Positions 51,201 through 62,212 of a stretch of DNA of 64,000 nucleotides are shown here, in pieces. The stretch's first letter is position 1. Every line of letters begins with the position of its first letter. Position numbers and translations under genes: made by a program. A model generated the notes under the pieces. That model saw only the letters and a program-made list of their open reading frames with translations, searched no databases and was not told the DNA's origin. Source of the stretch: Azolla caroliniana (taxonomy: Eukaryota; Plantae; Polypodiophyta); the NCBI GenBank assembly GCA_043228905.1, contig JBHGNT010000004.1, positions 13,888,001 through 13,952,000 of the forward strand. The letters are read 5' to 3'.

Positions 51201-53139
51201 AAAATCGGACTCTTCCCTGTTCATCCGGAAAGGTCGACTCGGACCGGTTAGTATTTTACTGTATGTTGATGACTTGGTCATCACCGGCGCCGACCTAGGT
51301 GAAATCGACCGTGTGAAGCTCCAGCTTGCGGCATCGTTCGACATGAAGGATCTGGGGGACCTTCATTACTTCCTCGGGATCGAAGTGATCCGTACCCCAG
51401 AAGGCATATTGATCAGCACACGTCATTACGTGCTGAGTATGCTCTTCAAATTCGGGATGGCCGACTGTAAGTCCATCTCGACTCCTCTGGACAGAACCAT
51501 CAAGCTTCGTCCCGATACGGGAAAGGTATGCGACCCTACAAGGTTCCGACAAATTGTCGGAAGCCTCATATACTTGACCATCACCCGACCCGACCTTAGT
51601 TATCCAGTCGAGGTGATCAATCAGTTCATGGCGCGACCTACCGAGGAGCACCTTCAATGTGCGCAACGCATACTTCGGTATGTCAACGGCACTAAGGACC
51701 GGGGACTACTATATCGAACCGGTGCAGCCACGCGGTTAGTTGGCTACACCGATGCTGATTGAGCTGGCAAGGCCGCCGATTGCCGATCCACGTCTGGATA
51801 CGCGTTCTCCCTCGGGAGTGCCGCGATCGCGTGGAGCAGTAAGAAGCAGCCGACTGTAGCACTGTCGAGCACCGAAGCGGAGTACCGAAGAGCGGTTGTC
51901 GCGACATGCGAAGCCATATGGTTGAAGCGGCTACTTAAGGACCTGCAAGAGGAGGTGTCCGATCCAACGACGATCTACTGCGACAACCTCTGCAACATCC
52001 AGCTCGCGAAAAACCCTGTTTTCCACGCACAGACCAAGCACATTGAGGTGCACTACCATTTCGTCTGTGAGCGTGTCCTTTCCGGTGAAGTCGAACTTCA
52101 GTACGTTCCGACGGATCGGCAGGCTACCGACATCTTCACCAAGCCTCGTGGTCTAGACAAGTTGCGGCAATTCTCAGGTGCGCTCGGGTTGCGTCACCTT
52201 GACGTGCCAAACTTGAGGGGGAGAACAGTCCCGAACGACCAAGCAAGGCAGCAAGAAAGGAGCAGAGACCGCAACACCGAGTTGGTTGACAAGTTCGACT
52301 TCGGATCAGCTAAAGAAGCCGAGGGCGGACCCGCGGAGAAGTCCGGAAGCAGACAGAAGGGGAACAACCGAAGGAAAGAGCCGAAGCCAACCACGGATGG
52401 GGGAGATGACGCCATCGAGGGCGAGAAGACCGAAGACGAGTTGGAGACAGCCAACTCGGACGAGAGCGAAAACCGATCGGAGGTAGCCGAGTCGGTTCAG
52501 ATGTTTGATTCCGACACGTTGAATCAACCGAGGCCCAAGCAGAAGAAAAGGCAGCAGAAGAAGCGTCAACACCGCAACAACAGAAGAGCTGATGAGGGCC
52601 ACATGAGCAGACAAGCCGACCGGAAGGGTCGAAGCGCGCGGAGTCGAACAGGTCGAGTAGCGCGAGCGAGGCGTGAAGCCAGGAGGAACCGGAGTTGTGA
52701 GCCTGAGGATCCCGAAGAGCCTCGAGTTGAGCTTGAGGGGGAGTGTTGAGAGACAAGCTCAACATCGGCCGGTTCGGCTGAAGAAGCCGAGGACTGGATC
52801 GGTTAGGACGAATCGGCTAGGCCGAGTGCGTACACCGGGAGGTCGTTAGGAAAGATATTCCGTGAGAAATATATTTGGGAGTTGGTGTAGGAGCTCTTAA
52901 TGAGCATTGAAGTACTGTCAGTACTTCAGTCAGTCCTTCTAGGACTTGTATAAAAGTGCTCACTGAAGCACGTCTTATGTACAGATTGAGTATTATTATT
53001 GAATATAGTTTTTTGTGTCTTCTCTCACTCTCTCTCTGTCTCTCCCGCGTATAGCGTGTAAGCTCAAGCTCTCCATTAAACCTGAGTTTCCTTCCTTCTG
53101 TTCGGTCTTCATACGTGCTTCCGCATGCTACTTTCTACA
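48222..53139 (+). mobile_element. Copia C6 (Bryco-like); 5' LTR lacks its first ~18 nt, INT partly deleted
   Basis: 5' LTR 48222-48599, PBS 48600-48611, 3' LTR 52744-53139. RT 50878-51762 and RH plus tail 51922-52749 ending EGEC*. Deletion junction at ~50550. Confidence 0.92.
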
Positions 53140-55039
53140 CGAACCGATCTTCGAAGAGATTAAAGAGATTCAAAAAACTCACGATTCGTGGGTGTCCTTC
53201 AAAGAAGCTTTACGAGAGTCATATGGTTACGAAGAGCAAAAGGGACGAGGTCTGTATGAGTTTCATGAATGGGTGTCATCGAGAAAGACCCACCAGAGTG
53301 TTATGCATACATTCGTTGAGTTTGAGTATGGCTTCGCTCAACTCTCGGACCGGGATCGAAGATTGGTGGGGGTGAATAAAGTTCTGCTGTTTGTAAAGTC
53401 AATCGATCGGAATGAAAGGAAAGCCATTGGAATCCAACTCGAGGATGACAATGGTGAAAATGGCCTCACTAAGGATTGGGCCAAAGTGGAAAGGGTATGA
53501 TGACAACACGATAAGAGGGAGATGAGATTCTCATCGACAACAACACGACCCACAAGGGATGTTCAAAGGAGAATGGGATGTGGCAATAAAAACCCACCGA
53601 AGGAAGAAAGCTCGAAGAGGGAAGCTTCAACAGAACTCAACATAGAAGCCTTGATGAGAGAGGCATTCATGAACTTAAAGGCACAAGTCGAGGTTGAAGA
53701 GAAGCTGAAAACAAAATCGAGGAAAATGGTGATCGACGAAAAGGAGACCTCACGACAAATGCAGATTAATGATGCGGCCAATACGAAGGGCCGGGTTCGG
53801 TATGACAGTACCATGGGAGAAGGTGTGAAACAAGCCACCTTCTCGACTTATGGAGGGACGATGGTCAAGAGAAAGGCCGAAGACTCGAGAGCGGGAAATG
53901 TTGCTTTAAGAGTGGACGAGCATTTCGGAACACATGTTGTGTCCGAAATATCGAGTAATGAAGGTGCAAGCATGAGGGAAGATTGCGTGACCAAGGGATG
54001 TAAAGAGTGCGAGGTCGACGTGATTGAGGCGGTAGCAACGAGAAACGACATCGAGTCGCAGATGGCTAAGGAAGAGTCCACGGCGGATGACCGTGTCGAG
54101 ACTTTCCCAACACTTGATCTAGAGACTTGGGCAGTTGCGTCCAAGAGCCAACATGAGACCCAAGAGACGGAAAGTGGTGGGGAAGAAAATATTGAAGACA
54201 ATGCGAATAACAACATTGAGCGAAAGATGGCTACGGATGAGAAGACGGTGACCGATGGTGTCGAGGTTCTCCCCATATTTGTTCCTGAGACTTCGGTAGT
54301 TGTGCCCGAGTGTCAACGTGAGACCGTAGAGACAGAAGGTGACGGCAAGAAATCGAAGGACCAAAGCGGCGATGAGGACGATGACCACAGACGAAGGGAT
54401 CCCTCCACACCGGTTCCGAAGACTTTGGTAGTTGTGCCCGAGAGCCAACATAAGACCGGAGAGATGGAAGGTGGCGGCGAGGAGATGAGGGTCGAAGCCA
54501 GCGCATACAGAGGAACGGTGGCCAACAAGGAGGCCAAAAACAAAGCTACAATAGAGTTCGATGAAGAACCAAAGAGCGGCAAGAAAGGAGGAACCGGAAT
54601 ACAATCCGGATGGAAGATGATGCGGTTGGTATTCCAACCCGAACGGAAGCCGACCCGGACGAGAGTTGATCAGCCGGGCCCGACCCAACTGAAAACCGGA
54701 CGGAAACTAACCCGGACGAAAGTCGATCGTTTGAGTCCGATTCGGCCGAATGTGAATCCGAACGAAGGCCGACCAAGCCAGAAGTTGATTGGTCGAGACC
54801 GATCCAGACAGAAGTTGAGCCAACCTAGACGGAGGTCGAACCAGACGAGCCGCGACATCCAGTCGAGGCTGTTGAGCATAAGGAAAGGCAAGCATGAGAC
54901 GAGAAAGGATGATAAAGGAAAGTTAAGTGACCAAGGAGATGGCCGAGATGAAGGTGGCAAATGCACAGGGCATGAAGCGTTATGCTCGGGAGGAGCAAAG
55001 GGAGCCATGAAAACTAGACATGGCATTAAAAAAAGGTGA
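53140..55039 (+). pseudogene. P2 gag fragment (53140-53500) and 505-aa acidic/basic low-complexity ORF (53522-55039)
   Basis: SWVSFKEALRESY..EFHEWV aligns by eye with P1 gag DWNAFKEALVCEY..SFHEWI. The downstream ORF has PETxVVVPESQ repeats and R/K/P-rich repeats. Confidence 0.65.
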
Positions 55040-56739
55040 GCGAATGATATGGTGGATCGGATGGCAACGATAGTTCGAAGTAGACGACAAAAAGACGGTG
55101 CAGGCGAGGCGCAAGAAAGTAGGAAATCAAACACCAACCACCTTTGACCCTTCCACATCACTCTTTTCTTCTTGGCACATACCAGAGGATGTGCAGTTTG
55201 GTGGGGGTGGATGTTGTGATGTGGCATGTCTAGTGCGAGAAAAAGTCAAAAATTGAGGATCCACACACATTTCACGAATACTTGTAAAAATGAAGATAAA
55301 TAAACCTAGGTCACAATGGCATTGAGTGCATGTAGAGAGTTGCAAGTAAGATTTGAACCTTGCACCTCTAAGATAAGAGGCAATTATCTTACCTCTAAAG
55401 CTACTACTAAGTGTTGTAGATGTTCTATATTTCTTTCTCATATTCAATATTCCGTAGGAAACAAACGTACAAAACCGTGTACACAAAACCACGGTTTTAA
55501 GCTCATGGTTTTCTGCATGTCACAAAGCAAAACTGTGTGCACAGAAACCATGGCTCCAAGCCCATGGTTTTGTGCATGGACAAACCTATAAAACCCCTAG
55601 TATAGCTTGTGTAAAGGGGGGGCCTCAATATGATATCACGATCATCATCACCATCAATAATATACGCTTCTATTTCTTCTTCTTCGCATCTATCTTGTAA
55701 TTATTTATCTACTTCTCAAGTGTACAATCTTCAATCTTCTCAAGTGTAATAGGTCTTCCTCCAATCTTACATTCACATCATCCTCTTCTCAATCCCTTGA
55801 CGGAGATCCTCCTTGGTCCAGGACCCTGGTGGTCCTGCTGAAGTAGCACACGCACGCGCATCTTCGCGACACCGTCAGTCGCCTCCATTGCACACCAACT
55901 CGCCTCATCCGCCACGACCACGGGGCCTATCTCCCTCCATGTACATCATCTAGCTATCGGTGTGCGTACTCGTCGATGCACCCACGTGGTTCTCCTCTAT
56001 AAGGAGCATCAACTGTAGGTCAAAAAACGACGACGTATTCTCCCATGTGCACACAGCAGTTCGGAGCGCTCTGAACTGCGACGCCAATCCCCTGAGAAAG
56101 ATCGGCACCATCTTGCCTTCCTTGACATTCACATCGATGGAAGTATACTTATATTTTTTATCTTCGAGGTGTAATCAGCCACCGACAAAACGCGTTGCCG
56201 CAAGTTGCTCAACTCCTGTCAGAGTTGGAGCTTTCTGGCTATGGTTCTTGCAGTGAAAATCTTTTACAGATTTCCCCAAGCATCCTTCGGCGTTTTCGCA
56301 TCCTGAATATAGCTCAGAAGTTGTTTGCCCACACAAGACACGAAGAAGTAGAGAACTCTACTCGCCGACTGTTCCCAAGCCAGGAAGTCTTTGTGTGTCG
56401 AATCGGGTGCTATGTCATTTGCTCCGTCGACATAGCTCCAATATCCATGCCCGAGCAGGTACTGGTGCATCTTGTATGACCAAGACGCGTAGTTATTTCT
56501 GTCAAGCTTCTCGGTCGGAAGCGAGCTAGCATGCCTCTATCCATTTTGTTTTCCCTATTCTCTACAAAGGTTAGGTTTTCTTCTCGAGCTAAGGTCGGTT
56601 GCAGAGGTTCTCAACCCTCGCGCTCTGATACCATGTGAAAAGAACAACGTGTGGAAGCAACAGGACGCAGAACGTAGGAAAACATAGGTTTAATGGAGAG
56701 CTTGGACACACACACACACACACACTATGCGGGAGAGAC

Positions 56740-56795
<56 letters not shown>

Positions 56796-57098
56796 AATAC
56801 ACACAACTCTATTCAAAAATAATACTCAGTTTGTATATAGAATGTGCTCAGTGAGCACTTTTATACAAGTCCATACGAACTTACAGAAGTACTGACACGT
56901 ACTTCAATGCTCATAAATAAGCTCTACACTAACTCCCAAAATATATTCCTATGCGGAATATCTTTCCAACGGCCTCGCGGTTTACGCACCGCTATGGCTT
57001 CTTGTTGAGCACCGGTTTACGCACCCGGTTTACGCACTGGTTCAGCCTAACCAATCGGTCCCAACAGATCCGGCCAATGTTGAGCTTGTATCTCAACA

Positions 57099-60000
57099 CT
57101 CTTGAATAAGCTTCCCAGCCCAGTAGCCGTAGGAGTCAGTGATGGACGTGCCATAGCATCAGGAGATATAGTCGAGGAGTTCGAGCCAATTAGGATAGTT
57201 ATTGGCGATTTGGCAAGCATAATCTCTTTCAACATTATTCGTAGTTTGAAACACCCAATAGTTCTAGGTCTCCTTGGTTTGAACTCCATAACCTGAAGAT
57301 TGATTGGATGAAAAGAACAATTGAGGAGACTCGGGAAAAAAGCACAAACCCCGCATCCCTCTCTCCTACATGTGATAATAGATACCCGGAGTTATCGACC
57401 ATCTCTTTACGACAATTGCGGGAGGAAGGGGGGAACAAGGCCATGTTCGTCTCCGCAATAATAGCAACTACATCATCCACTTCACGTGAAGCGGACATTA
57501 AATTACCAGAGAAATACAAGGAGTTTTCAGATGTCTTTGATAAGGTGAAGGCCAATACATTGCCGGAGCATCGGCCATACGACTGCCCTACTGACTTACA
57601 ACCTCCATGGGGCCCAATTTATAATCTTGCCCCTGTAGAGCTAGAGACTTTGCGGGAATATATTGATGAGAATCTGGCAAACGGATTCATTCAGCATTCT
57701 AGATCCCCTATCGTGGATTATCGAGGGCTAAACAAAGTGACTATCCGGAATAGATATGCTCTACCATTAATCCCGAATCTTTTGGAATGTCTCAGTGGTG
57801 CAAAATATTTCACGAAGTTGGACCTTCGCGGAGCATATGATCTAGTTCAGATTCTCCCAAGGGATGAATGGAAGACAACTTTTCGCACTCGCTATGGACA
57901 TTTTGAGTATACTATGATGCCATTCGGTCTCACGAATGGACCTGCTATTTTCCAACATATGGCGAACGATATTTTCCGAGATTTTCTTGATATCTTCACT
58001 ATAGTTTACCTAGATGATATTTTAATCTACTCGAAGACCCAAGAGGAGCATGACGAACATGTTCGTCAGGTACTGTGTTGACTCCGAGAATATGGTCTCT
58101 ACGCAAAATTAGAAAAGTGTAGTTTCGGCCAGAATCAAGTGGAATTTTTGGGGTATGTTGTATCATCGGATGGTATTGCTATGGACCCCATGAAGGTACA
58201 AGAAATTTTAGAGTGGCAAACGCCCCTTTCAATGCGTGATGTGCAATGTTTTCTCGGGTTTGCAAATTTTTATCGAAAATTTATTAAAGATTATTCCAAG
58301 GTTGTGCTTCCGCTAACTCAACTCACACATAAAGATCAGCCATTTATATGGAGTTCAGATGCTTAAAACGAGCATTTATAACGGCACCTATCTTAGCACA
58401 TGTCGACCCAACAAAATGCTTCATCCTCGAAGCCGATGCATCTGATTTTGCATTAGGAAGTGTCCTCTCGCAAACTGGAGATGATGGACAGCTACACCCT
58501 GTCACCTTTCATTCACGAAAGTTTGAAGCTATAGAGATCAACTACGAGATACATGACAAAGAGCTTCTTGCAATTGTGGATTCGTTTCAACAATGGAGAC
58601 ATTTTCTAGAAGGTTCTTCTCAGCAGATCATTGTCTACAATGATCATAAGAACTTGACTTATTTCCAAAATGCTCGAGTCTTGAGACGGCGACAAACCCA
58701 GTGCACGCAATTTTTGACTCACTTCGACTTTATCATCATATATCGCCCTGGGATGTACCAAGGCAAAGCAGATGCTCTTTCTCGGCGCTCTTATATGGAA
58801 CTTCGTCCAGGGGAACCTGCATTTGAGCATCAAAAACAAATCCTTTTGGGTCCTAATCGATTACGATTAATGTTAGTTAACGCCATAACAACTCTTGAAA
58901 ATTCCACTCGTCTTGACTCCGTTCGAGATCATATGGCCATTGATTATTTCACCAAGGATGTTTTGGATCATATTGTCCCAGATCGTGCTTCTTGCTCACA
59001 ATCGAAAAATCCTCGTAATGACTATCGTCAGTTCTATTAGCATGGTGGTTTTCTGTTTCGACAAAATCTATTGTATGTTCTTGATGGTCCCCCACGACTA
59101 CAAGTTTTACAACATTTCCATGACACACCAATGGCTGGTCATTTTGGAGTTCGCAAAACTCTACAATTAATTGCTCGACGTTTTTGGTGGCCTCGCCTTC
59201 GTCATTTTGTTGAGGAGTATGTTCGGAGTTGTGATATATGTTGTCGATCAAAGAGTCATCGTCACCAATCCTATGGCTTACTACAACCACTTCCCATTCC
59301 AGAAACTCCTTGGAAATCTATATCCTTGGACTTCATTATTGATCTCCCAGTTTCAAAAGGACTTCATTACTTACCAAAATGGCACATTTCTTGCCATGTA
59401 CAAAGTCGATTACTAATCAAGAGGCGGCTGATCTCGTTATGCGGGAGGTATTTAAGCATCATGGTCTGCCGGAGGATATTATTAGTGATCATGGTCCACA
59501 ATTCATCTCAAAGTTTTGGAAGCACATGTTCAAACTTCTCCACATTTCGGTTAACCTTTCTTCGGGCTATCATCTCGAAACAAATGGCCAAACTGAGCAT
59601 ACCAACCAAACATTGGAACAATATCTTTAATGTTTCATCAACTATCAACAAGATGATTGGGTTGATTTTTTGCACTTGGCGGAAGTCGCTTACAACAACT
59701 CAGCCCATTCTTCTACAGGATATTCCCCATTTTTCGCAAATACGGGTTGTCATCCTTGATGGACGATGAATGTGCACCCAGACGTTCCTACCAACCTTGC
59801 TACCGAGGATCGTCTTAGTCACCTCCAAGAAATTCACGCTACCATTCTCCACAATTTGCACGATGCTCAAGTTACACACAAGAGGCTTGTCGATCCTCAT
59901 CGTCTAGACTCCTCAAAAAAGTTCCGCATTGGGGATCATGTATGGCTTCTCCAACACAACATCAAGACCACTCAACCTTGCAGTAAATTGGATTAACAAC

Positions 60001-60413
60001 GTTTTGTCCCTTACATGATCACTGGTAAGATAAGTGATGTTGCATTTCGTCTTGACCTCCCTCCGCACATGCATCTTCATCCGGTGTTTCATGTATCCCT
60101 TTTGGAACCTTATACTACAAGTTCAATTCCAAGTCGTCTTACAACACCCCCACCACCTATCGAGTTCTTGGATGGACCCAAATTTGAAGTTGCTGCCATT
60201 CTCGATTCTAAAATTGTGCGCAACAAGTTGTATTACTTAGTCGATTGGCTAGGATATACCCCCAATGATCGAACTTGGGAACCTGCTGCAAATCTTTCCA
60301 ATGCTGCAGAACTCGTCACTGCATTTCATCGCCAATATCCTTGTAAACCAGGTCCTAATACAAACCCTACGACCCGTGAGACATGTCGTCGAAGAAGGGG
60401 GATAGTGTCATGA
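57099..60413 (+). pseudogene. Tcn1-B pol (PR C-terminus, RT, RH, INT, chromodomain), degenerate
   Basis: Motifs YFTKLDLRGAY, VYLDD, LEADASD, HDTPMAGHFG, ISLDF and FEVAAILDSK..YLVDWLGY..TWEP. Confidence 0.93.
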
Positions 60414-60830
60414 TAACACTCACATCATGCATCGAAAGGATCATGACACTCACATTATGACGTGAAAGGATTTGAACCCACGACCTTATTGTACACATGT
60501 CAAATCTTTAACCATTCTATTAGTATTCTTATATGTATAGTTTTTAGAATATGAAATCTAATATCATAGGAATATTCTATATTACTCTACATTTTAGAAT
60601 GACCTAGAATATTCTAGAGTGTTCTATACCACTAGAACCTTCTAGAATACTCTAGAGATCTTCTAGATTACTCTACATTCTAGGATAGCCTAGAATATTC
60701 TAGAGTGTTCTCTATTACTTATAAATAGGGTTCTACCACTCATCCCAAACCTAAATTGGTTCAACGCCATTTTGTAGCCTACTCTTTGTAATCCATTTTA
60801 CTCTTCAATATAGTAATTCTCTTTCAATTA

Positions 60831-60861
<31 letters not shown>

Positions 60862-61684
60862 TGACACACGCTTCACATAGGCCCGTAATCTCCTTCGTGG
60901 TAAAGTTCGGGAGTCCAATTATGACTCCTTTCGATTGCATGTTCTGAAGTTTTTGGAGATTGATGTGGCCCATTCTTTTGTGCCACAAATTTAAGTCCAT
61001 TTCGACTTTGAGGCCCTTTGCGAACATGGCTGACTTTACCTTGTTCGATTCAAGGATAAAGATACGGCCTTCACGACGACTGTGAGCCACGACTTGACCG
61101 CCCCTTTCGATGAAGCACCCATCGTTGTTGAATCGTACTTGCATTCCTTGTCCAACAATCTGGCCGACTGAGACCAGGTTCTTTGTGATGGTGGGGCCAT
61201 GCAGTACATTCTTGAGGTAGGTTTGTTTTCCGTCGTTTCCGAATGGGACGTTCCCAATATGCTGTATTGGATGAGTCATGTCATTGCCTGTTTGGACATA
61301 TCCGGGACGTTCGGGTTTTTGGAATTCCCGAAACCAATCTTCATGAGACGTCATGTGGTTGGATACTCCCGAGTCAACAAACCATATATTCTTTGAGGGC
61401 ATAGTGCTTGTATCACCTTGTGTCGCCATTGAGTGCGCTTTGTGCCTCATCATGAACATTCTGCTATGATCGTCGTAGTCGGAATTCGATTCGTAATTCA
61501 TGAATATTCCGCTACGATTGTCGTAGTCGGAATTCGATGTGTAGTGCATGAACTGTCCTCTTCGTAGTGACGGAGTTTTCCGTTGTATCCGCATTTGATT
61601 GGGTTGTTACAGTTGCTCGGTTCAGCGTGATGACTTCCCCTTTTTCCAAACTCTCTTGGATTGATCCTGCCTGCTTGCCATTGG

Positions 61685-62048
61685 TGAGAGTAATCTAGGT
61701 TTACGGGGGAGACAACCTCAAACACATCTACATGTAGGAAAAAGTAATCCTTTTACGGGGGAGTTTGTTAGCATAAAAGGCAGACTCCTTCCACTTGGTA
61801 TCCTAGTGTGAGCTCGTCCATATAGTTAGGGCTTAGTTTATAAGCAATAAAAGGCAGACTCCTCAAACACATCTACATGTAGGAAAAAGTAATCCTTTTA
61901 CGGGGGAGTTTGTTGGCATAAAAGGCAGACTCCTTCCACTTGGTATCCTAGTGTGAGCTCATCCATATAGTTGGGGCTTAGTTTATAAGCAATAACCCAA
62001 CGTTCTAAAGAAAAAAGTTCACTTGATCATTCTTGTACAGAGTCTCTA

Positions 62049-62089
<41 letters not shown>

Positions 62090-62212
62090 AAAAATAAAGA
62101 GAGCTTCCATTAAAGCTTCATCTGTGTATCTAACATGTGTCTATATCTTCTTGCCCTCCTTTCTTTGTTGTTTGCTTAGCACAACCGACAGATCCGCACA
62201 TACGTTTCCACA
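61685..62212. repeat. LTR-like segment with a 145-bp tandem duplication and (AG)n
   Basis: CCTCAAACACATCTACATG starts at 61716 and 61861. TG..CA-like ends, no TSD. Confidence 0.5.

Larger units (their letters stand above)
46438..55871 (+). mobile_element. Trp-primed non-autonomous Gypsy P2 (gag-like region plus long low-complexity ORF, no pol)
   Basis: 660-bp LTRs 46438-47097 and 55212-55871. 18-nt Trp PBS TGGTGAACCCGACGTGAA 47106-47123. 4-bp TSD CCGT, PPT GGGGGTGGA. Confidence 0.9.
41946..57098 (-). mobile_element. Copia C5 (Bryco-like), full length, with P2 inserted in gag
   Basis: 5' LTR 56634-57098, PBS 56622-56633, 3' LTR 41946-42371. TSD CTCTT at 41941-41945 and 57099-57103. Degenerate pol 42366-46437 and gag 55872-56543. 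Confidence 0.93.
37141..60866 (+). mobile_element. Tcn1-like chromovirus B, interrupted by several insertions
   Basis: LTRs 37141-37598 and 60406-60866, TSD CACGC. gag 37686-38224, PR N-terminus (ALLDSGANSCFM) 41839-41945, pol 57099-60413. PPT ~60391-60405. Confidence 0.93.
15666..61680 (-). mobile_element. Copia C3 (Bryco-like), split into four pieces by nested insertions, 5' end lost
   Basis: 3' LTR 15666-15940, PPT 15941-15948, RT end/RH 16143-16831, RT 29236-30014, INT 36000-37140 and gag-end/PR 60867-~61680. Coding sequence rejoins across TSDs GCTCG, ACGT/ACGC and CACGC. Confidence 0.88.
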
